Source: Eledone cirrhosa
Taxonomy: Eukaryota
Assembly (NCBI GenBank): GCA_964016885.1
Contig: OZ024750.1
Location: forward strand, 18,662,001 to 18,726,000
Reading direction: 5' to 3'
Length of the DNA stretch: 64,000 bases
In this document: piece by piece, positions 42,093 through 53,105 of the stretch
Position numbering within the stretch: position 1 is the first letter of the stretch
Layout: every line of letters begins with the position of its first letter
The notes under the pieces: generated by a model
Database searches by the model: none
Seen by the model: only the letters and a program-made list of their open reading frames with translations
Told to the model about the DNA's origin: nothing
Translations under genes and position numbers: made by a program

Positions 42093-42158
42093 TATTTTAT
42101 TATACATATTTCAAGGGCCACCAAGGCAAATTATGGTGCGCTTTCATCAGATAAAATA
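42093..42158 (-). ncRNA. Minimal type-I hammerhead ribozyme (left arm of inverted pair)
   Basis: Minus strand: uauuuuau CUGAUGA aagcgCACCA..UGGUGgcccuu GAAA UAUGUA UA^ auaaaaua. Confidence 0.75.
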
Positions 42159-42290
42159 CAATACAGATTTGTTTTATAAATAAATATTGACATACATTTG
42201 AAAAAAGACAACCTTAACGGTTGGAGCTTTCTCCAACCGTTAAGGTTGTCTTTTTTCAGGGTATGTCAATATTTATTTATAAAACAAATC

Positions 42291-42356
42291 TGTTTTATCT
42301 GATGAAAGCGCACCATAATTTGCCTTGGTGGTCCTTGAAATATGTATAATAAAATA
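42291..42356 (+). ncRNA. Minimal type-I hammerhead ribozyme (right arm of inverted pair)
   Basis: uguuuuau CUGAUGA aagcgCACCA..UGGUGguccuu GAAA UAUGUA UA^ auaaaaua. Confidence 0.75.
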
Positions 42357-42915
42357 TATATGGTTTTATAAATATAGTTTCCATTTGTTAATATATTGTA
42401 TATTTACTCCATTAATCGGTTGAGTGCTTTATATCAGTTATAAAAATGTTTAAGCTTGTTGAATCCCAACAAATTAAATATCACCTTTACATATATATCA
42501 TCATCATCATCATCATCATCATCGTTTAACGTCCATATTCCCCGCTTAAGTATATGTCAGCCTCAAATTCTATCTCACTGTCATTGTGGATTGGCAGTAT
42601 CGGTAGAGGGTCGGACGCCATGCTTTGACGCATAGAGTTACGGCCCTTGCCATTCTGAGTTCAAATCCCGCCGAGGTTAACTTTGCCTTTCATCCTTATG
42701 GGGTCGATAAAATAAAGTACCAGTAATACACTGGGTAATTGCTGGCCTTGTGCCAAAAGTAGAAACAATTATCTCTTTCATTCTCTCCCTCTATTTCTAT
42801 CTACCCCCCCCCCCCCCCCCCTCTAAGTATTAGGGATTGGGGAATATTAGAATGACAAATGATAATAATTTGATCCAAAGTCAAGAATCAGATATTAGGG
42901 CTGCAAGAAGACATC

Positions 42916-42991
<76 letters not shown>

Positions 42992-43030
42992 TTTATGGCC
43001 ACTTTTCCATGCTTGCAAGGGTATATATAT

Positions 43031-43218
43031 AATTGTTTCTACTTTAGGCACAAGGCCAGCAATCACCCAGTGCATTACTGGTACTTTATTTTATCGACCC
43101 CGTAAGGATGAAAGGCAAAGTCAACCTCGGCGGGATTTGAACTCAGATCTTAAAGGGACGTAACTATGCTGGAAAGCATGGCGTCCGACTCTCTACCGAT
43201 ACTGCCAATCCACCGCCC
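43031..43218 (-). mobile_element. SINE family B (about 190 bp, ATT-ended); more than 15 copies, e.g. 6637-6820, 11930-12110, 13720-13900, 15785-16040, 17683-17863, 29600-29787, 31980-32255, 42586-42770, 49890-50030, 53490-54970
   Basis: Consensus ggcggtggattggcagtatcggtagagggtcggac..gagttcaaatcccgccgaggttaactttgcctttcatccttacggggtcgataaaataaagtaccag..ggccttgtgccaaaagtagaaacaatt; box B gagttcaaatc. Confidence 0.85.
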
Positions 43219-45248
43219 TTATATATAAGGGTATATATATAATATCTAATATATATATATATATATATATGTGTATGGATGTGTGTGTGTTTGTATATCA
43301 AATAACAGGCTGATATTCCAAGATTCTATCATCTCTGTAACTCAAGGCAGACAAGAACTGTTTTCAAAGATAGTACACCACACCTATGACTGCCACCACC
43401 ATCATCACCACCATGGCACCATCTTATACTTCAATTCCTTAGAATAAATATGCCAAAAAGATAACAATGAGGAGTTTATTAGACAGTCAGACAGACTCAC
43501 ATTCACACAGATATACACACACACATATATATATATATGGTGGCTGCCAACTCATTTTCGAGTACGGCCTCTACTTCATATCCATGTAGGAGAACCCCTA
43601 CTGATGCACTGAACGAGTGTGACTTTTTAGTCCAGCCAGCGACTTGAAAACTCTGGTACAAACACTACACCTGTGACAATTATTGACACATAGTGCCGGG
43701 CCCATGGTACCATGTGACGACAAGTGCAGAGAGATCTCCAGATATAAAGCAATGCCTGTGCCATGAAGCTTTTATAGTGAGCAAAGGCACTGCACAAAGC
43801 CAGTACCACTCTCTTAACCAAGATGATATTTTCCAAAAAGAAGAACAAGTCAACATCATTGGATACCATCAGGGTTGCAGGTGTTATATCAGAGTTTTCC
43901 TTCTCCTAGAATTCTGCCTTGACAAAGGTTAAGGGGTCATCTCTCCCGGTGATTTTGGATGGCCATTGACTCTCAAGAGCTCCTTTGCCTTTTGACAGGT
44001 TTATATATATATATACATACACACACATAAATATATGTAGAATAGTATACTTCAAGCTATATATATAAATGCATATATATGTATGTGCGTGTGTGTCTTT
44101 ATGTATATATATATTTACATGTGTATGTGTGTGATACACATATATATATTATTTTACTTATATAGATATGCACATATTTATACAGGCATGCATACATATA
44201 CATATAAGCACACACATACATATATACACACATATACATACATATATACATACATAGGATATGCTAGGTTTCACAGAACTAGAAAGAGCACAGCTGATTA
44301 GAAAATTGCAAGTACAGTCCATTAAGGAAACTGTAAAAATATGTAAATCATTCTTTAAATTTAGCATGTAATAACTGAATATACACATTTATAGAAATAG
44401 AAACATATGTGTATGTGCACATATAACTCAAAACATACAGATCCATACATGCAATGATATTCATACCTGCATACATACACAGAAACATGTACAGATACAC
44501 ACACCTATTTACCTAGTTGATTTTGTCTAAATTCCAATGAGAGAGCTTTGTTTCTATGTTTCTCTATTGTGGAGAAATTTCAAAAAATACATACATACAT
44601 AAGTATGTGAACTCTCTTTCACACACACACACATACACATACATGGTGGTATAGTGGTGTAATGTGGTGGTGGTGAAGTTAAGGTGAAAATAAAGAATGT
44701 TCCTTATTAATTAGGCCTGACTACAGTATACTTCTGTCTCGTCTCCAATGACAATATGTCAGATAGACAGGAAGTAAATAAACAAAATAGCTGACAATGA
44801 AGGAGAAATGTTGAAATTATTGAGATGTTTTTTAACCTTGTTACAATACTTGTTTTCACCATAGCTTGTGAATACATACAAATGTTAATCATTTATTTAG
44901 ACCTTATGGGCGCCATTTTGACCTGCTGCTTCACTGTTTGACTGAACCACTAGATCGGCTGCTGTCTGTCTGTCTGACTGACTAATGATACTAAGGCTAC
45001 CTTCAGTCAATCAAATGTCAACTGTGTTATCCATTAAATTTCTGTTGTTGTTGTTGATGTTGGTGGTGGTGATGTTGGTGATGATGGTGGTGATGGTGGT
45101 GATGGTGGTGATGGTAGTGATGAGGATAATAGCACTCCTATATCACTTCACCTGCTGTACCTCATTCCTGATGAATAACCAATCACCACCACCACCACCA
45201 CCACTATTATCATCATCATCATCATCATCATCACACCCCACCACCACC

Positions 45249-45280
<32 letters not shown>

Positions 45281-45904
45281 CTATCCCCTCCACCACCACC
45301 ATTTAGCATCCATTTTTTCACCCCATGCTGATTATCTGAAAGTAACCAAAGATAATATGGTTAATTCAAATATTCTGGAAATTTCCATCCACTTCATTTT
45401 ATGTTTTATGCTGCCTGTAAGGTACCCAAGCACAGAATATTCTACCACTACTCAAAAAAAAAACTAAGATTTCTTTGAAGACAAAAATATTTCCATTAAA
45501 TTTCACTAATGTCATCATAATCGAATTCAGTTGTTAGCTGTCGAGACACTGCATCCTTTAAGGCCTCTATGCTTCCCGAGATCCGCCAACACTACAGCTA
45601 ACACATACACATGTACTTCCCTGACATTTGTGTATTATTCTATGTACTTTCTTGACGAGTTGTAGTGCACCTAAGCACTTTACACAATAATTTCATTATT
45701 ATTCTTATTATTATTATTATATATTTGAACTTTCTATTGTAGTTCTACTTTAACAAACACATGGAAAGCAACTTTATATGTTCAACATCTTATTATTATC
45801 TTTATCATTATTGTTGTTGTTGTTGATGTTATATTAATATTATTATTTTTGTACCAGTAATGCACTGAGTAATTGCTGGTCTTGTGCCTAACATAGAAAC
45901 AATT

Positions 45905-46760
45905 ATTTTTATTGTGCATCATCACTGCATTACTGAGCACAGCTCTGTGTGCCTTGGGTATGTGCAGTGTTGTTTTTGGTGTTATTGTTTCTATTGTATT
46001 GCGAGTACTCTTTGTAATATACGTGCAGTGCCTAGTAGTGCTATTTACTGTATGCTGTATATATTTGTAATTTCTTGGGTTTGGGTTATGTATCTATCTG
46101 TGTGCTTTTTAATCATTCCCAGAACACCGATTATTACAGGGATTCTTTCTGTTTTCACCATCAATATTCGGGTTTTTTCTATCTCCAGATCTTTATATTT
46201 GGATAATTTCACCATTTCATTGATAGATATATTGTCGTCTGTGGAGATTGATACATCAATTAGAAATCATTTCTTTATGGTGTTTGATTTCCATGTCTGT
46301 ATATATTGGTATATCCTAGAGTATAATTACCTCGACATTTTATGACACCTTTTCTGGTGTATGTTTGTAACACCTTTTTTCTGTTGGTATTTCATAATAT
46401 TTCCATTGTATGTAAATCCCAACTCTATCATGTTTGTGGATATAATCTATTTTGGTTAAGACTAGGCAGCTATAGACAATATGGTTGTTTCTTTCTAGCC
46501 ACCAAATATTCTGCAGTTATTTACTGTGTTCTGTTTCATTATACATTTTTATGGTTTCTGATGGAGAGGCTTTGATCTTGTGCTGGAATTAGAAATGCTT
46601 GTATATTTTTAGTTAAACATTGTGGAGATTTATTTTCAATTTAGATTTCATCTTTTTCACAATTTCTGTTGCTTCTTCTGTGGTTTTATTTTCCTCATAT
46701 GTATCTGTCAATCCAGCTTCTGTTTTGAATTTGTTGGTTTACTTGAAGGCAGAAAACTAT
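45905..46760 (-). mobile_element. Degenerate R4/Dong-clade (restriction-like endonuclease) LINE 3' part, not in the ORF track
   Basis: Minus-strand translation with stops: AQDQSL..HKHDRVG..LIDVSISTDDNISINEMVKLSKYKDLEIE..IPVIIGVLGMIKK..IALLGTARILQRVL*; adjacent to an (ATT)-rich region. Confidence 0.75.
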
Positions 46761-47951
46761 TTTTTGTTTTCTTAACCCTTTAACATTTACATTACTCTAT
46801 AGCTACTATAGTATGTTTGTGGTAAAGGATTTATCTTTCATAATTATCTCACATAATATCGAATTTACGAAATTTTGATGTTATTTATTTGAGAACAATA
46901 CCTTAACATAAGTATGAGCAGTTGGTTACAGCCAGTTTGAAAAAAAGAGATGAGAGAATTCTGGCCAGATACGGTCGGTTTAAATGCTAAAGGGTTAATG
47001 TTTTGACTATGGGATTTACATCTAAAAAATTCCACTCCAAGGCACAACCTTAGGCAAGTTGTTTGGTGGAAGACCAGCAGTCACCCATGCATCCACACCA
47101 CTGATGTTGTCTAAAGGAAAGGCAAAGGCTTGATACAGCTTGGCACCAGTGACATCACAACTCATTTCTACAGCTGAGTGAAATGGAGCAATGTGAAATA
47201 AAGTGTCTAGCTCAAGGACACTGCAAAGTAGTAGTGATAGTGCCATGATAGAAAGCAGCAAGTCACTCGTTAAAGTGGTAGTGCTGGTGCTCTAATAAAA
47301 AGAACCCATTAAAATCTATAAGTGGTGACATGCATTGGTTTACATCGGAAAAGCCCCCCCCCCCCCCCCCAAGGCACAAACCTAGGCAAGTTGTTTTCTG
47401 GATGACCAGTAGTCATCTATGGATACAGAGTCTCCCCTCTTCACACGATTAATGTTGTCCAAGAAGAAGATAAAGGCTGATACAGCTTGGCATCCATCAG
47501 TGACATCACAGGTGCTAATAATTATTTTCAGGTAACTTGACTTGAGCAATAAGAAATAAAGTGCCTTGCTCCAGAACACAATGCACCACTTAGACAGGGA
47601 ATTGAACTCATAACATTATAATTGTGAGCATAACTCCCTAACCACTAAGCCATGTATTTTCACACTAATTATAAAAGCCAGTCCATAATTGTGTTTCTTA
47701 GCAGGTAATATAATAAACCCTCTTGCTTTGCTTTATGTATTTATTTTATGGATTGGTGTCAGTAAACAGTTGAAGCTGAGAAGTTTATATACAACATTAA
47801 TGGTTGAGAATTCCAGGCTGACAGGGAAGGAACTTGTGTTAAGGTAGGGGCATGCTGGTTAGTCAGATAGGTATGTATAGATATATAAGGCACAACATTT
47901 ACCCATCTCATTACAGTTGAAAATTGCAAACTTGACTGTCATCACAGAATA

Positions 47952-47990
47952 TGAACCTGAAGATTGCGAAAGCATGAAAATACTTGTTCA
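47952..47990 (+). ncRNA. Minimal hammerhead motif in pLTR-like segment (about 47760-48110)
   Basis: ugaac CUGAAGA uUGC gaaa GCAu GAAA AUAC UU^ guuca; 5-bp stem I, GNRA-capped stem II; stem III one change from palindrome AGUACU; TATA-like tatataagg upstream (about 47882) and AATAAA downstream (48062). Confidence 0.55.
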
Positions 47991-48169
47991 ATTAACACTT
48001 AACATTTAATATTCTACCATGCTATTTCATTATAATATCATTATAATTTTAAAGGATTGTAAATAAAACGAGTATATCAGACAAAGTTGGAATTCCTTTT
48101 ATTAATATATATATTCAAATATATATATATTTATGTCTGTGTTAGTACGTGTGCATACATATATATGTA

Positions 48170-48216
<47 letters not shown>

Positions 48217-48450
48217 GTATGTGTGTATATATATAGGAGACGATCGACTTTCGTCAAATCGGACCGAGGGAAGAGTGTTTCCGTTGGTCTTTCCAATTGC
48301 TAATACTATCTATCGGTCGCAACTCCAGGTAGAAGGAGCAACGTGAAATAAAGTGTCTTGCTCAAGGACATAACGCATCGCCTGGTCCAGGAATCGAACT
48401 CACAACCTTACGATTGCGAATCCAATTCTCTAACCACTCAGCCACACGCC

Positions 48451-48505
<55 letters not shown>

Positions 48506-48509
48506 ATAT

Positions 48510-48860
48510 ATATTGAAAGGATAACAAGGACAATTGGTTATTCCTTCATTACATTTATTGGTAGGTGACGCGCGTTTCGCCACTGATCAGCTCAAGGTTC
48601 GATCTGTATCGATCCTACCCGACTCAATGATCGGCAGCTCGACGGACCCTTTAAAATGGTATAAAAACCTTGAGCTGATCAGTGGCGAAACGCGCGTCAC
48701 CTACCAATAAATGTAATGAAGGAATAACCAATCGTCCTTGTTATCCTTTCAATATATTACACTCTGTATAGCTCTACACCTCAACACTGAAGTGAACCTA
48801 AACATCGAGTGCTCTCCCGGGTGAACCTGCAGTAACTCCAAGTTACACCCCCTGGATATG
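48510..48860 (+). mobile_element. Penelope-like inverted pLTR remnant with 3' half of a hammerhead
   Basis: Arms about 48510-48599 / 48666-48756; GAAA CGCGCG UC at 48687-48698 then AATAAA; (TA)n flanks. Confidence 0.65.
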
Positions 48861-48911
48861 TATATATATAAGCTGAAGCATATAGACAATATGCCCCCCC
48901 CCCCACCGCAA

Positions 48912-49195
48912 GGTGGCCGTGGAGGTGCCACGGCAAAAAAGCACCCAGCCCACACTGTAAAGTGGACGTGTAGGCACCACGAAAAAGCACCCAGCTCACA
49001 CTGTAAAGTGGACGTGTAGGCACCACGAAAAAGCACCCAGCCCACACTGTAAAGTGGACGTGTAGGCACCACGAAAAAGCACCCAGCTCACACTGTAAAG
49101 TGGACGTGTAGGCACCACGAAAAAGCACCCAGCCCACACTGTAAAGTGGACGTGTAGGCACCACGAAAAAGCACCCAGCTCACACTGTAAATGAG
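48912..49195 (+). repeat. 46-bp tandem array (6 units) inside a SINE-like element ending (GAT)n at about 49370
   Basis: Unit gtggacgtgtaggcaccacgaaaaagcacccagc(c/t)cacactgtaaa with strict c/t alternation. Confidence 0.9.
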
Positions 49196-49340
49196 GTTGG
49201 TGTTAGGAAGGGCATCCAGCTGTAGAAATCAAGCCAAATCAGTTCCTGTATGAGCAAGGCATGGTCAGCCGACCAGACACTGCCCACAACAGGACAACCC
49301 ATCTAACCCATGCTAGCGTGGAAGAACGGACGTAAAACGG

Positions 49341-49371
<31 letters not shown>

Positions 49372-49655
49372 ATGGTATCTCTTGATGTTTCTAGATGGTT
49401 CCATATGATTTCATCTCAACCACCACCAATACTGTATTGGTCCCTGTCACTCCATCAAGCCCATTTCATGGTCATATGATTCTGAGTTCACCTGAAGTCT
49501 GAACTAAGGAATCTCTGAAACTACTTACTGCTAACAAAGGCGCCAGCTTAGTATAAAATCACTTTGAAAACCAAGTATTACTGGCCATTAACAGAACAGG
49601 TAGAACAACTGGTGCCAATCTAAACAGATACACAAACATATATATATTTATACAT

Positions 49656-49688
<33 letters not shown>

Positions 49689-50344
49689 CACATATCTATC
49701 TATCTATCTATATATATATATGTATATGTGTGTGTGTGTGTGTGTATATACACACACACATATGAGAGAGAGAGAGAGATAGAGAAAGAGAGAGAGAGAA
49801 AGGAAAGTGAGATAGGCTAGAAAAAATTAAAGGAAGGAAGGAAGGTACAAATAATAATATAAAAAAAGGAAGAAAGAAAGAAAGTAGCGTAGAGTTACGG
49901 CCTTTTATGGTTTGAGTTCAAATCCTGCCGAGGTTAACTTTGCCTTTCATCCTTACGGGGTCGATAAAATAAAATACCAGTAATGCACTGGGATAGGTGC
50001 TGGCCTTGTGCCAAAAGTAGAAACAATTATTTATTTTGAGATCAATACCTTAACATCAGTATGAGCAGCCGGTTACAGCCGCTTTGAACAGAAAGGAGTG
50101 AGTGAATTCTGGTCGGATACTGCCAATTTAAATACTTGTTGTGTAAGATAAAGGTGTAAAGTGTTGTTTTCTTTGGTTCTATCTACTTTACTCTTGTTTT
50201 CACACCTCTGTTTTAAAGTTATATTACATGTGTAGCTGGCTTAGAAGAGATACACAGCATGCCTGTGTGTTGCAAGAAACAACTAAAAGGGTTGCAAAAT
50301 ATCTGGCTACAAAATATTGGCTCAAAAAGTTTGATCCAACTCAT

Positions 50345-50684
50345 CTTCTTCAGTCGGGTTTAGACTTGCAAAGATTCAGCACGCCTTCTCCAATCGTCCC
50401 GGTCGAGCATGACATTTCTTAGTTCATCGATGTTATCAATGTTGGCATCTCTCAGCAGGGTATCAATGAATGAGACGGCCTGTCTTCCCACGTTTCTTTG
50501 TCCGACCGCCGGTTTCCAGAGCACAAGTTGGGATGCTATCTCTTTTGGATGACGGGTGCAGTGCCCAGCCAGGTTCTTTTTTTTTGGGGGGGGGATTGGT
50601 GGTAGTGATCTGTATAGTTCCTTATTTGTCAGCTTTGTTTCCAAGAAATGTTGAGAGCCAGAATGGAAAGGTTGACGTAAAATC

Positions 50685-50685
<1 letters not shown>
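50345..50685 (-). mobile_element. RTE-group (RTE-X-like) LINE 3' fragment
   Basis: LAGHCTRHPKEIASQLVLWKP..GRQAVSFIDTL..LRNVMLDRDDWR. Confidence 0.65.
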
Positions 50686-50724
<39 letters not shown>

Positions 50725-51214
50725 GCACTGGCCAACCTATAACAACCCTTACCACATATTTTACAACGTTCCTTACTAATTACACTGCTTTGTTCACACC
50801 ACACTTGAGCAAGGCTAAATTTATTATCAGGTTGAAATCTGTTCAAATTATTAAGGACACACTTTTTCTTTTTTTCTTTTGAAAAAAGTATCCCAACACT
50901 GAAATATCATAGAATATGAGATAAAAGTATGTACTGTTCTTTTGTTTCACACCTCTTTTTACTCCTTTATTTCTAACTTGTAGTGTACTGACTTCCCTAC
51001 CACAAATGTAACCACATATTTCTATATCTAACAATACATCATATAAACTATTCTAATTTTTCTTCTTCTCTACTGACAGAACTGTTATTTAATTTGGAAC
51101 CAAAGAATTCTCAAAAGAATTCTATCAAATCTATACAATCTTTTATTGCTTAACGAGCAAGGAAAACAACTACAACAATAACAGCACTAACTTTTCAAGA
51201 AGTTTTTGTGATCG

Positions 51215-52612
51215 GTGTTGCTGTTGTTGTTGCTGCTGCTGCTGCTGCTGTTGTTGTTGGTGCTGTTGCTGCTGCTGTTGTTGTTGTTGTTACTGCTGCT
51301 GCTGTTGTTGTTGTTACTGCTGCTGCTGCTGTTGTTGTTGTTGTTACTGCTGTTGTTGTTGTTGTTGTTGTTGTTGCTGTTACTGCTGTTGTTGTTGTTG
51401 TTGTTACTGCTGTTGTTGTTGCTGCTGATGCTGTTTAGCCCTAGGTCAGCACTGATCAAGCAAAATCTGTGATAAAAGACTTTGTAGCCATGACCATCCT
51501 GTCATTTTAAGGCTGCTGTATGGCACTACATTGTTTAAAGTGTCTTTTCATTATTTAAGACAGTAGAGTGTGATTTGAGACAAATTTGGCTGCTATTTCT
51601 AGCAGGTCGGGTAACTTGTGTTCTGAGTACTCGCTAAGCTGTACCATCAAAACCTTTTATACAAATCACCAAACCCCCACTCCTCACCACACCACCAAAG
51701 ACCCATCACCATCACATCACCAAAGATCCACCTCCTCACAATATCACCAAAGACACACACCCTCATCACAAAATCAAACACTCACCCCTCAAAACATCAC
51801 CAAAGACCCACCCCCTCACAACAGCAAAGACCCCCCCACCACCACATCACCAAAGACCTCCCCCACCACCACCACCACATCACCAAAGATCCACCACCAC
51901 CACCACCACACCACCAAAAACCCACCCCTCATAACATCAAAGACATAACCCCTTACTACACCACCAAAGACCGCTCCCCCACCACCACGACACCATCAAA
52001 GACTCACCCTCACCATACCATTAAAGAACCACCCATAACAACATCACCAAAGCCCCCCTGCCACACCACAAAAAGCTCACTCCTCACCCCCACCAGATCA
52101 ACTAAACCCTTCCCACCAGACTAACACACACCCCACCACACTACCAAACAACCTCACCAGACCACCAAAACTACTACCACAACCACCACCACTACCATCA
52201 TCATTATTATTAGCATCATCACCAACACCATCACTACCACTACTACCACCATCATCACCAACACCACCAATAACACTACCATCATCACCACCAACACCAC
52301 CACTACCACCACCATCACTACCACTATTATCATCATCATCACCAACACCACCAACACCATCACTACCACTACTACCACCATCATCACCAACACCACGAAT
52401 ACCATCACCATCACCAACACCAACACCAACACCACCACCATCACTACCACCCTCACCACCACCAACACCACCACTACCACCACCAACACCATCACTACTA
52501 CTACTACCACCATCATCACCAACACCACCACCACCACCACCCTCACCATCGCCATCACCACCACCAACACCACCACTACCACAACCATCACCATCATCAT
52601 CAACAACATTAT
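51215..52612. repeat. (GTT/GCT)n tract 51215-51432, degenerate caccaaagac repeats 51660-52150 and (CAC/CAT)n tract 52150-52612 directly upstream of the GPCR ATG
   Basis: Direct reading. Confidence 0.85.
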
Positions 52613-52680
52613 CCAAACTAAATCAAATAAAATCAGATGAAATTAAAGGAGAGTAGTGACATCAGTATAATCTGTCAACG

Positions 52681-53105
52681 ATGATGTCATTGTGGCAAAA
52701 CAAGTCCCTCTTTATGATGATGGACTATGGCGAAACATCCAGTAACACACACAACAACCATGACAACAATGGCAGCAGTAACAACAACAACCTCAACAAC
52801 AACCACAGCAGCAACAACAGCAGCAACAGTAACAACAACAGCAACAGTAACAACAACAGCAATAACAACAGGCTTGAGATGATCATTGTACCAAGTATCT
52901 ATGCCTTTGCTATTGTTGGAGGTTGCATAGCCAATGGCTCTCTTATTACTCTGCTCTGTAAAAATCGCAGGCAAAAATACAACAGCACTGGAATATTGGT
53001 ACTGAATCTGGCTATAGCAGATTTACTGTTTCTCTTGTTCTGGGTACCATTCCACACAATTATATACACATTTTCTATTTGGCCATTTGGAGATTTCATG
53101 TGCAG
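52681..53105 (+). CDS. Class A (rhodopsin-like) neuropeptide GPCR, galanin/allatostatin-A receptor-like, exon 1 (N-terminus, TM1, TM2, ECL1)
   Basis: ATG 52681, Asn-rich N-terminus, TM1 IIVPSIYAFAIVGGCIANG, TM2 LNLAIADLLFLLFWVPF, ECL1 WPFGDFMC; donor AG|GTGAGT at 53105/53106 (phase 2). Start Met choice is uncertain because several nearby Mets exist. Confidence 0.9.

Larger units (their letters stand above)
42050..42495. mobile_element. Penelope-like inverted pLTR insertion, about 350-bp palindrome plus tail, two hammerheads
   Basis: 42050-42226 is the reverse complement of about 42232-42400; tail 42400-42492. Confidence 0.75.
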
